Part shown: piece by piece, positions 1 to 11,940 of the stretch
Position numbering within the stretch: position 1 is the first letter of the stretch
Layout: every line of letters begins with the position of its first letter
From: an uncultured Chloroflexia bacterium
Lineage (GTDB): Bacteria; Chloroflexota; Dehalococcoidia; DSTF01; JALHUB01
Assembly: GCA_963763495.1 (NCBI GenBank)
Contig: CAVXOY010000019.1
Span: 64,211-128,210, forward strand
Direction: 5' to 3'
DNA length: 64,000 bases
Position numbers and translations under genes: made by a program
Notes under the pieces: generated by a model
What the model was told of the DNA's origin: nothing
Seen by the model: only the letters and a program-made list of their open reading frames with translations
Database searches by the model: none

Positions 1-1002
1 GTGCAGGCGATACTGTCGGCGACGGCGGGACATGAGGAGACGGCGCAGGTGCAAGACGCGCTGGGGCGTCCGGTCGCGGCTGTCTGGGGACTGCTGGACG
101 AAGGGCCGGCGGCGGTGATCGAGATGGCCGCCGCGTCGGGCCTGATCCTCCTCAGCAGCGAGGAGCGCGACCCCCGCCGGACGAGCACCTACGGGACGGG
201 GCAGCTCATCAGGGCGGCGCTCGATGCCGGCTGCCGGCGGCTCGTCGTCGGCGTGGGCGGCAGCGCCACCAACGATGGCGGCGCCGGCATGGCCCAGGCG
301 CTGGGGGCGCGGCTGCTCGACGAGGCGGGAAGAGACCTCCCACCGGGAGGAGCGGCGCTGCGCCGGCTCGACCGCATCGACATATCCGGCCTTGACCCGC
401 GAATCGCCGAGAGCCGGGTGATGGTCGCCTCCGACGTCACGAATCCTCTCTGCGGGCCGCTGGGCGCCTCGATGGTCTACGGGCCTCAGAAAGGGGCGAC
501 GCCGGAGATGGTCGAGGAGCTGGACGCGGCTCTCGCTCACTACGCGCAGGTGATCCGGCGGGACCTGGGGGTGGACGTGCTCTCGCTCCCCGGCGGGGGC
601 GCGGCCGGCGGTCTCACGGCGGGGCTGGCCGCTTTTCTGAAGGCGGAGGTCCGTCCCGGCGCGGAACTGGTGGCGCAGACCATCGGTCTGAGGGAGCGGA
701 TGCTGAGGGCGGACGTCGTATTCACGGGGGAAGGCCGCCTCGACGCCCAGACGCCGTTCGGCAAGACGGTGATCACGGTGGCGCGGCTGGCGAAGGAGCG
801 CCGTCTGCCGGTGATCGCTCTGGCCGGCAGCATCGACGAGAGCTACGAGACGCTGCGAAGAGAAGGGATCGACGCGGCGCTGGCGATCACGCCCGGCCCG
901 ATGCCGCTGGCGGAGGCGCAGGAGAACGCGGCGCGGCTGCTGGCGGACGCCGCTGAGCAAGCGGCGCGGCTATTCCTTATCGGCCGGTCTCTGAGAGGCT
1001 GA
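1..1002 (+). CDS. glxK: glycerate kinase (5' end probably cut by window edge)
   Basis: The ORF is open from base 1. Motifs GVGGSATNDGGAGMAQALG, VTNPLCGPLGASMVYGPQKGA and TGEGRLDAQTPFGKT are typical of the glycerate kinase family. Confidence 0.85.
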   Translation: MQAILSATAGHEETAQVQDALGRPVAAVWGLLDEGPAAVIEMAAASGLILLSSEERDPRRTSTYGTGQLIRAALDAGCRRLVVGVGGSATNDGGAGMAQALGARLLDEAGRDLPPGGAALRRLDRIDISGLDPRIAESRVMVASDVTNPLCGPLGASMVYGPQKGATPEMVEELDAALAHYAQVIRRDLGVDVLSLPGGGAAGGLTAGLAAFLKAEVRPGAELVAQTIGLRERMLRADVVFTGEGRLDAQTPFGKTVITVARLAKERRLPVIALAGSIDESYETLRREGIDAALAITPGPMPLAEAQENAARLLADAAEQAARLFLIGRSLRG

Positions 1003-1431
1003 TCAGGGTTCGGGGCCGGCATCGACGGCCGGCTCCTCCATCTCCCAACCTCGCGGGTAGTTCACCAACACCAGCACGAGGAAGACTATCGCCACGGCAA
1101 GGGGCACGATAACGCTGCCCACGCCGAAGTCGTCGGCCGCCAGGTGGAAGACGGCCGCACAGATCGCGACCAACTGCTCGATAGCCGCCAGCCAGAGGAC
1201 GGCGCGATGGCGGAGGGGATCGCGGATGGCATACAGATAGACGACGGCAGGGACGATGAGAGCGCCGCTGAAGGCCCGGGCGGCCAGGAAGCCCTCCATG
1301 TCACCTTTCACCCGGAAAGCGAAGCTGTCGGTGTACAACTGGACGAGGAACCCCAGGATATCCCAGACTGCCATCAAGAGAAGAATGAGACGCAACCGTT
1401 TGCCAAGGCTCAGCCTTTGTTCGCGCTCCAA
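1003..1431 (-). CDS. hypothetical integral membrane protein
   Basis: 142-aa ORF with several hydrophobic helices (LILLLMAVWDILGFLV, ALIVPAVVYLYAI, VIVPLAVAIVFLVLVLV). I recognise no family. Confidence 0.45.
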   Translation of the reverse strand: MEREQRLSLGKRLRLILLLMAVWDILGFLVQLYTDSFAFRVKGDMEGFLAARAFSGALIVPAVVYLYAIRDPLRHRAVLWLAAIEQLVAICAAVFHLAADDFGVGSVIVPLAVAIVFLVLVLVNYPRGWEMEEPAVDAGPEP

Positions 1432-1504
1432 TTCCCTCTCCTCTCTGACTCCAGCGCGACCGGCGCTGTACTAGATGGAGGTCATTCTACCACGAGGGGC
1501 AACC

Positions 1505-1873
1505 TCAGCCGATTCCCAGGTCCTCGACCGCCTGCTCAGACATCCCGAAGAAGTGGGCTATCTCATGGAGCACGGTCTTCCGCACCTCTTCGAGGAGTTC
1601 CGCCTCGTCGGGAAAGTCAGCTTCCAGGGGTTCTCGGAAGATGGTGATCTTGTCGGGAGGCACCAGACCGTAGTTGCCGCCGCGTTCGGTGAGGGGCACG
1701 CCGTCGTAGAGACCGTAGAGCCGGTCATCGCGGCGGGCGCCGGCGAAACGGCGGTCGGCGGGAGTGGGCCGGCGTTTGATGACGACGTCAACGTTGGAGA
1801 GATGGTCGCGGAAGGGCTCTGGTATCTCCTCCAACGCCCGAAGCACCAGGCGGGCAAACCGTCGAGATGTCAC
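1505..1873 (-). CDS. small zinc-metallopeptidase-family protein (HExxH; DUF1025/zinicin-like)
   Basis: 122-aa ORF ending with VLHEIAHFFGMSE (an HExxH motif). Size and layout fit the small 'metallopeptidase family protein' group. Confidence 0.65.
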   Translation of the reverse strand: MTSRRFARLVLRALEEIPEPFRDHLSNVDVVIKRRPTPADRRFAGARRDDRLYGLYDGVPLTERGGNYGLVPPDKITIFREPLEADFPDEAELLEEVRKTVLHEIAHFFGMSEQAVEDLGIG

Positions 1874-1943
1874 CGGTCATTCCCTCGTGGAGTAAACACG
1901 AGCGCGCGGCGATTTCGGGAGAGGCAAGAAAGCCGGAGCGGTC

Positions 1944-2402
1944 TCAGGACCGCCGCTGCTGACCGGGGCTGCAGCACTCCCACAGCGCCTGGTAGCCCCT
2001 GCCTAGGATGGCGCTCTTGACCTCCTGCTCTTCTTGCGCCAAGAGCTCGCCAAACACCCCTTCACACTGCTGGGCGGCGCCGGGAAAGCCGGAGTCGATG
2101 ACCCGCTTGGCAATGGCCTGCCAGACGCCGTAGGTGGCCAAGCTATTGATGTGTTTGGGCCACCATATGGCGCAGATCTTTTCCGGGAGACGGAAGCGAG
2201 GGCGGATCTCCTTCAGACTGCGGAAGCGTTCCTCAGGGGACTTGACGGCGGACACCAGCTTGAGGAGAGGGCCATCCACGGCGCTGAAGCGAGTGTCGAT
2301 GAGAAGGCCCTGGCCGATCACCACGAAGCGAAAGGTGAGGACTTCCGCCGACTCTACGGTCCGCAGTATCTCACCGACGTCCAGGTCATAATTGTTATCC
2401 AT
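1944..2402 (-). CDS. hypothetical protein
   Basis: ORF 1944..2498. I prefer the internal start MDNNYDLDV (ATG at 2402) because the upstream part is Arg/Pro-rich and looks non-coding. No recognisable domain. Confidence 0.4.
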   Translation of the reverse strand: MDNNYDLDVGEILRTVESAEVLTFRFVVIGQGLLIDTRFSAVDGPLLKLVSAVKSPEERFRSLKEIRPRFRLPEKICAIWWPKHINSLATYGVWQAIAKRVIDSGFPGAAQQCEGVFGELLAQEEQEVKSAILGRGYQALWECCSPGQQRRS

Positions 2403-2750
2403 AAGCCCCCAAGGGGTCGCCCAACCAATGTCAGGCGCTATTCGGGCAGGCCGAAGAGGCCAACGGGGACTGCTGCGCCTCTGTAACAATTCTAACATCA
2501 GGGTATTTGGCGCTCAAGGCAGCATCCCGTACCGGCGATCTCAACCCTTGCCCTCCCCGGAAATGCGGGGACTTGGTGGCACTTCCGGCTCCTACGGTGA
2601 GGGAGAATCGCCGCCCGGGCGCGACCTTCCCGGGGGTCCGGAGGAGGCGCGAACGGCGGTTGACACCAAGGTGTCTAATGGCTAAAGATGACGAGAAACC
2701 CCAGGGAGGGCCGGTTGTTCTGGCCTCTTTCAAGGAACGAAGGTGCCCCG

Positions 2751-3901
2751 GTGCAGTGGAGATTGAGCAGGCCGGCAGCGGCAGTCGCCTTGGCTGTACC
2801 CCTCCTGCTCGCGATCATTCTCGCGGCCTGTGGCGGAGGACCAGGATGAAGGATCGTCCTCCACCTCTTCGCCCGTACCACGGGACGTTCAGAAAGGCGT
2901 TCCCCGGCCGTTCAAGCTGGGGTTGAGCTCTCTCCCGGCAGAGCCCACGGGGGCAAGCTACGAGAAGGCCTTTGCCCTCGCCGGCCAGGTGGGAGAACTG
3001 ATCTTGATCCAGCGGGCGCCACCCTGGCAGGAGTTCGCCGGCGGCGGGACGCTCTCCAAGAACACTGAAGACACAACAACGGAGGAGAAGCGGCTGGCGG
3101 AGGAGAACAGGCTGGCGATCTTCTTTGCGATCGACCCTACGGACCCCGCCGACCGCAGCCGCCTCCAGGGCCTGCCGCAGGAGCTGGAGGGCAAGAACTT
3201 CGGCGATCAGGAGGTACGGGATGCCTTCATCGCCTACGTCAAGTACGTGGCGCTGAACTACGAGCCCCAGCTTCTGGCGCTGGGTACCGAGATAAACATG
3301 TACTGGGAGCAGCAGCCGGAGGACTTCGAGAACTTCCTGAGCCTCTATTTCGAGGCCTACGACGTGGTGAAGGGCATCTCACCGGATATCCTGGTCTTCC
3401 CCACCTTCCAGCTCGAAGCGATGCAGGACCTCCTCTCCCCAGACGGCGACCCCTGTCGAAGAGTGGTCTTTGTTGCAGAGGTTCGAACCCAAGCTGGACG
3501 TGGTGGCGCTGAGCACCTATCCCAGCTTCGTCTACGATAGCATCACCGACATGCCGACCGACTACATCAGCCGCGTCAAGCATTACACAGACAGGCCGAT
3601 AGCTATCGCCAGCGCCGGCTATTCCTCCGGCTCCGGCCGCGACGGGCTGAACGAGGGCACAGAGATGGAACAGATGGGCTTCGTCCGGTTCCTCTTGCAG
3701 GAGGCGGACCGCCTGGATATGCCGTTCGTAATCTGGGGGGAGGCATGTGACCCCGCCGTCCCCGCTGACCCACCCTTCGACCTGTACGCCCACACCGGGC
3801 TGTGCCGCTCCGATGGGAGCTTCAAGTCGGCATGGCAGATCTGGGCGGGCCAGGCGTCACGGCCGCTAGCGGCTCGAGCCCGCCGGCCAGTAGCCCCCTA
3901 G
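2751..3901 (+). CDS. TIM-barrel glycoside-hydrolase-like lipoprotein, two frameshifts as sequenced (sequence error or pseudogene)
   Basis: A lipoprotein signal peptide VQWRLSRPAAAVALAVPLLLAIILAAC|GGG lies in one frame (GTG 2751, stop 2847). The body is in ORF 2830..3540 (ALGTEINMYW, ILVFPTFQLE) and the C-terminal part in ORF 3470..3901 (VVALSTYPSF, IAIASAGYSS). Frame switches occur near 2832-2846 and 3445-3470. Confidence 0.45.
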
Positions 3902-5064
3902 CCGTAGACGAGGTCGCGCTCGATCAGCGCCCGCGAGACGATGACGCGATGGATCTGGCTCGTCCCCTCGACGATCATGAGCTGCCGGGCATCGCGGTAG
4001 TGGCGCTCCAGAGGGTGGTCACGCATGTAGCCCTGGGCCCCTAGGACCTGCAGAGCGTCCGATGACACCCTCACCGCCATCTCCGTGGCGAAGGCCTTGG
4101 CAATCGACAGCATGTGGGCGTCTCCGCGCTGGAACCGTCCCTGGTCGACGAGCCACGCCGCCTGATAGGTCAGCAGACGCGCTGCCTCCACCTGGATCGC
4201 CATGTCGGCGAAGAGGAACTGGATGGCCTGGAGATTGACGATCGGCCCGCCGAAAGCTTCTCGCTGACGGGCGAAGTCGAGGGCATAGGTGAGAGCGCCC
4301 TCCGCCAGGCCGACGCCGCGGGCGGCCACGATGGGCCGGATGCTGTTCAGCGTACCCATGACCGTGCGAAATCCCTGGTCTTCCTTCCCGCCCAAGAGGT
4401 TCGACGCGGACACCCGGCAGTCCTGAAAGGCGAGCAAGGCGGTGGCGACGCCGCGAACCCCCATCTTCTGATCGAGGCGGGCGACGGAGAAGCCGGGAGA
4501 ATCGGCCGGGACGACGAAGCCGGAGATACCGCGCGAGCCGGCAGCGGGGTTGGTCTTGGCGAATATGGAGACGTAGCCGGCGACAGCGCCGCCGGAGATG
4601 AAGGCCTTCTCGCCGTTTATCACGTACTCGTCGCCGTCGCGGACGGCGCGGGCCTTGATGTTGGCGGCGTCGGAGCCGGCATCAGGCTCGGTGAGGCCGA
4701 ATGCCGCCTTAGTCTCACCCCGCGCCACGGGAGGGAGGAATCGCTGCTTCTGCTCCTCCGTCCCACCGAGGACGATGGGCTGAGTAGGAAGAGCGGAGAG
4801 GAGAAGCATGAGCCCAGAGGAGCAGCAGTATTTCGCTACTTCTTCAACCGCCAGCGCGAGGGCGAGAAAGCCGGCGCCGCTTCCGCCGTACTCGGCGGGA
4901 ATGGTGAGACCGAACAACCCGGCGTCTCGAAAGACCTGGAATATGTCGTGGGGATACTCCTCTTTCTCGTCGATCTCGGCGGCCCGGGGGGCGACGCGCT
5001 CGCGGGCGATGCGCCGGGCGGTGTCACGGATCAGCTTGTGCTCTTCGGAAAGCTGGAATTCCAT
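3898..5064 (-). CDS. acyl-CoA dehydrogenase
   Basis: 388 aa with full-length resemblance to short/medium-chain ACADs (FGLTEPDAGSD, INGEKAFISGG, YMRDHPLERHYRDARQLMIVEGTSQI). Confidence 0.9.
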   Translation of the reverse strand: MEFQLSEEHKLIRDTARRIARERVAPRAAEIDEKEEYPHDIFQVFRDAGLFGLTIPAEYGGSGAGFLALALAVEEVAKYCCSSGLMLLLSALPTQPIVLGGTEEQKQRFLPPVARGETKAAFGLTEPDAGSDAANIKARAVRDGDEYVINGEKAFISGGAVAGYVSIFAKTNPAAGSRGISGFVVPADSPGFSVARLDQKMGVRGVATALLAFQDCRVSASNLLGGKEDQGFRTVMGTLNSIRPIVAARGVGLAEGALTYALDFARQREAFGGPIVNLQAIQFLFADMAIQVEAARLLTYQAAWLVDQGRFQRGDAHMLSIAKAFATEMAVRVSSDALQVLGAQGYMRDHPLERHYRDARQLMIVEGTSQIHRVIVSRALIERDLVYG

Positions 5065-5150
5065 GGGGACAACTCCTCCCTCAGGGGAATAGGGCCGCGT
5101 TTCAACATCAGAGAGACCTGCACGGCGGGTAGCGACAGAGCCGGCCCAAC

Positions 5151-5180
5151 TTGACGCTCAGCCGTTTCCACTTCTAAAAT
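5151..5180 (+). promoter_or_regulatory. sigma70-like promoter for the SAM-riboswitch operon
   Basis: TTGACG (5151-5156), an 18-nt spacer, then TAAAAT (5175-5180), about 27 nt upstream of the riboswitch P1 helix. Confidence 0.4.
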
Positions 5181-5206
5181 AGACCTACAACCGCATACGG
5201 TAAACG

Positions 5207-5373
5207 CTCTTATCAAGAGTGGTGGAGGGCACGGCCCGACGAAGCCCGGCAACCAGTCTGGGGAGCCCAAACACAAGCGTTTCTCCTCCGATATGGTGCC
5301 AAGTCCGACCCTCGTAACGAGGGAAAGATGAGAGTTGGTTTCGCATAACTTCTCACACCACGAGGAGTTTTTT
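5207..5373 (+). promoter_or_regulatory. SAM-I (S-box) riboswitch with terminator-type expression platform
   Basis: CTCTTATCAAGAGTGGTGGAGGGCACGGCCCGACGAAGCCCGGCAACCAG...GGTGCCAAGTCC...GAAAGATGAGAG is a near-consensus SAM-I core; the P1 helix pairs 5207-5214 with 5327-5334. It is followed by the hairpin AACTTCTC-acaccac-GAGGAGTT plus a T-run (5347-5373). Confidence 0.92.
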
Positions 5374-5403
5374 GTTGCCTCCCATCAGAAGGAACGGAAC
5401 GGT

Positions 5404-6463
5404 TTGGAGACGATAAGCTGGTCAGAGGGGAGAGTCCGCCTTCTCGATCAGTCCCGGCTGCCCCTAGAGGAAGTCTATCTGGAGATCGACGACTGCCGGG
5501 GCATGGCGAAGGCGATCCGGGAGATGCGCATCCGCGGCGCCCCAGCCCTCGGCCTCGCGGCCGCCTACGGCCTGGCGCTGGCGGCCCGTTCCAGTCCCAC
5601 CTCCGACAAGCAGGCGCTCCTGGGCGATCTGGAGGCGGCGGCGCGAATGCTGGAATCGACCCGCCCCACAGCGGTGAATCTCGCCTGGGCGCTGAGACGC
5701 GTCCTCGGCGTGGCGCAGGCAGCATCGAGCCCGGAAGCGATCCGGGATGCCGCGCTCAGGGAGGCGCAGCGCATACATCAGGAGAACCAGGGAAGCAGAC
5801 GAACACATGGGCCGGCTGGGAGCGGAACTTATCGCCGACGGCGCCACCGTCCTCACCCACTGCAACACCGGCGCTCTGGCCACCGGCGGCTATGGGACTG
5901 CCCTGGGGGTCATCCGGGCCGCGCACGAGCAGGGAAAGGCGCTGCGAGTGCTGGTAGATGAGACGAGGCCCCTCCTTCAGGGAGCGCGGCTGACAGCGTG
6001 GGAGCTGCAGCGACTCGGCATCCCCGCCACCCTCATCGTCGACGCGGCCGCCGGCGGGTTCATGCGCCGGGGGACTGTGAGCTGCGTCCTCGTCGGGGCC
6101 GACCGCATCGCCGCGAACGGCGACGTCGCCAACAAGGTGGGCACCTATCCGCTGGCGGTCCTTGCCAAAGAGAACGGCGTGCCTTTCTACGTCGCCGCCC
6201 CGACCAGCACAATAGACCTCTCGCTGTCCAGCGGCGATGAGATAGCAATTGAGGAACGTTCGCCGGATGAGGTTACGACGCTGGCGGGCAAGCGGCTGGC
6301 GCCGGAGGGGATAGCCGTCGCTAACCCCGCTTTCGACGTCACGCCGCACGGCTACATCTCGGCAATCGTCACGGAGCGAGGGATCGTGCGGGCACCCTAC
6401 CGACAGGGACTGGAGCGCCTGTTCACGGCAGCAATCGGGGCCCAGACACGGCAGGCTGGGTGA
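5404..6463 (+). CDS. mtnA: methylthioribose-1-phosphate isomerase, one frameshift near 5785 as sequenced
   Basis: [19 protein letters not shown]...IRGAPALG sits in frame 1 and [22 protein letters not shown]...[18 protein letters not shown]...AFDVTP in frame 2. I chose the TTG at 5404 because the track's ATG at 5335 lies inside the riboswitch. Confidence 0.85.
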
Positions 6464-6490
6464 CCGACAGATCTGAATGAGAAACGACAG

Positions 6491-7449
6491 ATGATAAGCT
6501 GGTCTGACTACCTATACGACGACCCGACGGACTGGTTGCTGGAAGAGGAAAACCCCTCCGTCCGCTACCTGGCGCTACGCACGATAATGGAGAGGCCCGA
6601 GGACCACCCTGAGACTGTGGCCGCCAAGCAGGCGATCATGAGCTCAGGGCCGGTGCCGGCTATCCTCGCCGCCCAACACGAGGACGGCTACTGGGTCAAG
6701 CCGGGGACAGGCTACAGGCCCAAGTACCAGGGGACAATCTGGCAGCTTATGTTCCTGGCCCAACTCGGCGCCGACGGCTCTGATGAGCGAGTGGCCAGAG
6801 CCTGCGAATATGTCCTTGGTCACAGTAGGGACAAGAACGGCGCTTTCTCAGTGACAGGCGCTACCGAGCGCCGCCATCGAGTGCCTCAACGGCAACCTGA
6901 TCCACGCGCTCTACCGCCTCGGTTGGGGCGGGGACGAGCGGGTACAGGAGGCCGTCCAGCAGCTCTGCGCCTTGATCACGCGGCGCCACTTCCAGTGCTC
7001 GGGAAACTACAACCTCCCCTGCGCCTGGGGCGCCGTCAAGGCGCTCTTCGGCTTCTCCGCTATCCCGAAGGAGGAGCGAACCAGCGAGGTGAAGGCAGCG
7101 ATTCGACGAGGGCGCCGACTTCCTGCTCAGCCGCAATCTCGCCGTCGCCGACTACCCGTACCGGGAGCGGATCAACTCGAACTGGCAGAAGTTCGGCTTC
7201 CCGCTGAGCTACGGGAGCAACGTTCTGGAAGCGCTTCGAGCGCTGGCAGATCTGGGCTACGGCGCCGCGCCGGGGCTCACCGACGCTCTGAAGCTGGTCC
7301 TCTCCAAGCAGGACGACCAGGGACGCTGGAAGATGGAGACAAGCCTCAACGGCAAGATGTGGGCCGACATCGAGAAGAAGGGGCAGCCCAGCAAGTGGGT
7401 GACCCTACAGGTGGCGCAGATGCTCAAGCGGGTCTTTGAGGGTTACTAG
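6491..7449 (+). CDS. conserved hypothetical, possibly alpha/alpha-toroid (prenyltransferase/terpene-cyclase-like repeat) protein; two frameshifts as sequenced
   Basis: Sensible sequence runs through three frames: NPSVRYLALRTIMERPED...YWVKPGTGYRPKYQGTIWQL, then AIECLNGNLIHALYRLGWGGDERVQEAV...NLPCAWGAVKAL, then DFLLSRNLAVADYPY...GRWKMETSLNGKMWADIEKKGQPSKWVTLQVAQMLK. Switches occur near 6860 and 7105. The family call is tentative. Confidence 0.4.
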
Positions 7450-7452
7450 AAG

Positions 7453-8319
7453 ATGCCTCAGGCAGAGCTAGCGATAATCGGCGGGAGCGGCTTCTATCAG
7501 ATGGAGGGCCTGACGGAACGGCAGGAGGTCCGCTGCCGCACTCCCTTCGGCGACCCCAGCGACGTGATTCTCCTGGGCACGCTCGCCGGCGTGCGCGTCG
7601 CCTTCCTCCCCCGCCACGGCGTCGGGCACCGTCTGCTGCCCAGCGAGGTGCCGAGCCGGGCCAATATCTACGCTCTCAAGACTCTAGGCGTCGAGCGCAT
7701 CATCGCGGTCAACGCCGTGGGCAGCCTCCGCCAGGAGATCGCGCCCCGCGACCTGGCCGTGCCGCAGCAGCTCATCGACCAGACGAAGGGCCGCGCCAAC
7801 AGCTTCTTCGGACGCGGCCTGGTGGCGCACATCTCGTTCGCGGAGCCGTTCTGCCCCACAATGCGGGAGCTGCTCGTCCAGTGCGCCCGCCAAGCGGGGG
7901 CGACGGTGCACGCGGGAGGCGCCTGCGTCGTCATGGAGGGCCCGCAGTTCTCGACGAAGGCGGAGTCGAACCTCTATCGCGCTCAAGGAGCCGACCTCAT
8001 CGGCATGACGAACCTGCCCGAGGCGAAGCTGGCGCGGGAGGCGGAGATCTGCTACGCGAGCCTCTGCTGCGTCACCGACTACGACGTCTGGCACGAATCG
8101 TACGGCGCGGTGAGCGCGGAGATGATCCTGGCCAATCTCGCTTCGAATGCAGAGACGGCGCAGCGGGTCGTCACTCTCGCCGCCCAAGGGCTGCCTCGAG
8201 AGCGCGACTGCGAGTGCGGGCGTGCCCTAAGCGACGCCCTGGTGACACCGCCGCAGATGGTGCCGGCGGAGATTCGGAAGGAACTCGCGCCCATTATCGG
8301 TAAGTACATGCCTTCTTAG
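7453..8319 (+). CDS. mtnP: S-methyl-5'-thioadenosine phosphorylase
   Basis: LAIIGGSGFY, FLPRHGVGHRLLPSEVPSRANIYALKTLGVERIIAVNAVGSL and GMTNLPEAKLAREAEICYA are typical MTAP motifs. Confidence 0.9.
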   Translation: MPQAELAIIGGSGFYQMEGLTERQEVRCRTPFGDPSDVILLGTLAGVRVAFLPRHGVGHRLLPSEVPSRANIYALKTLGVERIIAVNAVGSLRQEIAPRDLAVPQQLIDQTKGRANSFFGRGLVAHISFAEPFCPTMRELLVQCARQAGATVHAGGACVVMEGPQFSTKAESNLYRAQGADLIGMTNLPEAKLAREAEICYASLCCVTDYDVWHESYGAVSAEMILANLASNAETAQRVVTLAAQGLPRERDCECGRALSDALVTPPQMVPAEIRKELAPIIGKYMPS

Positions 8320-9282
8320 GTGGACAAGGCTAGCAGCGATAGGAGGCCGACAAGCCTGACTCAGAAAGCGAAAAACGACTACAGATTCCTGGTGCGGCCG
8401 CTGCGGGACCGCGAGCGGATCCGTCTTCTGCTGGAGCCGGAGCCCGCCTATTCGGCCTACGCCCTCGGCCAGTTGGAGCCGGAGTTGTTCTCTCAGTCGG
8501 AGTGGTGGCTGGCGCAGGCAGACGGGAGAGAGGCGCTGCTGATGCACTCGCGGGGCGGCCTCGGCAACGCGCTGGTGACCTTCGGCGACTCTCTTGCCCT
8601 GCAGGCTCTGCTTAGCCTGCACCCGGGGCCGGTGCAGACCTTCGCAACGTTCCGGGTGGATCACAGAGAGGCGCTGCGTCAGTTCTTCGCCCTCGCCCAT
8701 GACAAGCCGATGCTGCGAATGATGGTCACGGCGGACTCCTTCGCCGTCCCGACGGAGGAGAGAGAGGAGGCAGCCGACGGGTCGGAGCTTAGGCGTCTGT
8801 CTGACAGCGATATCCCTGCGGTCGACCGGCTGTACAGCAGCGAGGGCAACAGGTTCTACTATCGGGCCCGCCGAATCGAAGAAGGGGTATACTTTGGAGT
8901 ATTCAGCGACCAGCAGCTCGTAGCCGTGGCCGGCACGCATGCTGTCTGCCGCGAAAACGGGATTGCAGTCGTGGGGAACGTGTTCACCCACCCTTCCCAC
9001 CGGAATAATCACTTTGCCGTACGGGCAACCGGCGCAGTAACCGAGACGCTGCTGCAGACGTGCCAGCAGGCCGTCCTCACGGTCGCCCCGGAGAACACGG
9101 CGGCGATCCGCGCCTACTCGCGCCTGGGCTATCGCGAGGAGTGCGAACTCATCGAGTGTGGGGTCACGCGCAAGGAGACGCTTGGCCTCGGCACTCTGGC
9201 GCGGCGGCTCCTGGCCCGCTGGCGCGGCCGCGGCAAAGGCGGGGAGATGGTAACGCTGGCAGAAGATGAAGACGAGGACTAA
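8320..9282 (+). CDS. GNAT-family acetyltransferase-domain protein (function unknown)
   Basis: The C-terminal part (VAVAGTHAVCRENGIAVVGNVFTHPSHRNNHFA...TAAIRAYSRLGYRE) looks like a GNAT fold. The N-terminal 200 aa are unassigned. GTG start abuts the mtnP stop. Confidence 0.5.
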   Translation: MDKASSDRRPTSLTQKAKNDYRFLVRPLRDRERIRLLLEPEPAYSAYALGQLEPELFSQSEWWLAQADGREALLMHSRGGLGNALVTFGDSLALQALLSLHPGPVQTFATFRVDHREALRQFFALAHDKPMLRMMVTADSFAVPTEEREEAADGSELRRLSDSDIPAVDRLYSSEGNRFYYRARRIEEGVYFGVFSDQQLVAVAGTHAVCRENGIAVVGNVFTHPSHRNNHFAVRATGAVTETLLQTCQQAVLTVAPENTAAIRAYSRLGYREECELIECGVTRKETLGLGTLARRLLARWRGRGKGGEMVTLAEDEDED

Positions 9283-10584
<1,302 letters not shown>

Positions 10585-10620
10585 CCCGAACACCGCTTCA
10601 ATGAACTGGAGGAGGAACAG

Positions 10621-11882
10621 ATGTCGACAACGTTTATGAACTCGCCGTCCCTGATGCTTACGTCGGAGTCGGTCACGGAGGGACACCCCGACAAGCTGTG
10701 CGACCAGATCTCCGACGCCGTCCTCGACGCCATCATCGGGCAGGACCCGGTGGCGCGGGTGGCCTGCGAGACGGCGGCGACGACCGGCCTGGTCGTGGTG
10801 ATGGGAGAGATCACGACAAGCTGCTACGTCGAGATTACCGGCCATCGTCAGGAGACACGATCCGCCACGTCGGGTACACGCACGCGAAGTACGGCTTCGA
10901 CTACGAGACCTGCGGCGTCATGGTGTCGATCAAGGAGCAGTCGAAAGACATCGCCCAGGGCGTCGACCACTCGCTGGAGTTCCGCGAGCATCATCAGCGA
11001 GGACGAGGACATGGAGCACGGCGCCGGCGACCAGGGTATGATGGTCGGTTTCGCCTGCACGGAGACGCCGGAGCTGATGCCGCTGCCGATATCGCTGGCC
11101 CACAAGCTGTGCCAGCGGCTGGCGGAGGTGCGCAAGGACGGGACGCTGCACTATCTGCGCCCCGACGGCAAGTCGCAGGTGACGGTCGAGTACGTCTACG
11201 GCGTACCCAAGCGGGTGGAGGCGGTGGTGATCGCGGCGCAGCACGACACGGTGGTGAAGCAGGAGCTGCTGCACAAGGAGATCGAGGAGCTGGTGATCCG
11301 GAAGGTGATCCCGGCGCAGCCTGCTCGACAATGACACGAAGTTCTTCATCAACGCGACCGGACGGTTCGAGACGGGCGGGCCGATGGGCGACGCCGGCCT
11401 CACCGGGCGCAAGATCATCGTCGACACGTACGGCGGGGTCGCGCGGCACGGCGGCGGCGCTTTCTCGGGAAAGGACCCGACGAAGGTGGACCGCTCCGGG
11501 GCCTACGCCGCCCGCTACGTGGCGAAGAACCTGGTGGCGGCCGGGCCTGGCGGACAGGCTGGAGCTGCACGTCTCCTACGCCATCGGCGTGTCGCACCCG
11601 ACGTCGCTGTCGGTGGAGGCGTTCGGGACAGCGCGGGTGTCGGAGGATGAGATGCTGGCTCTATCCGAAAGGCACTTCGACCTGCGGCCGGAGGCGATCA
11701 TCCGGAGACTGAACCTGCGACGGCCGATCTACCGGGCGACGGCGGCCTACGGCCACTTCGGCCGCGAGGATATAGACGCGCCCTGGGAGAAGACGGACAA
11801 GGCGGATATCCTGCGTCGAGAGGCGGGGCTGAACGCGGCGCAGGTCAAGGCAGAGCGAGCAGCGCTGCGGGCCGACCGCTAG
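10621..11882 (+). CDS. metK: S-adenosylmethionine synthetase, about five frameshifts as sequenced
   Basis: MetK sequence continues across all three frames: [50 protein letters not shown]...[70 protein letters not shown]...AAYGHFGRE. Switches occur near 10837, 10852, 10985, 11320 and 11545. Confidence 0.9.
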
Positions 11883-11940
11883 ACGGCTTGCGAGTCGACC
11901 GGCTGACTGGTTTGAGTTACCCGCGAGAGGGGGAACACGA

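Noticed and set aside
5335-5403. ATG at 5335 as the mtnA start (track ORF 5335..5961).
   Set aside because: These codons overlap the SAM-I P1 helix and the terminator, and the translation (MVSHNFSHHEEFFVASHQKERNG) is not MtnA-like. The TTG at 5404, preceded by GAAGGAA, fits the conserved N-terminus.
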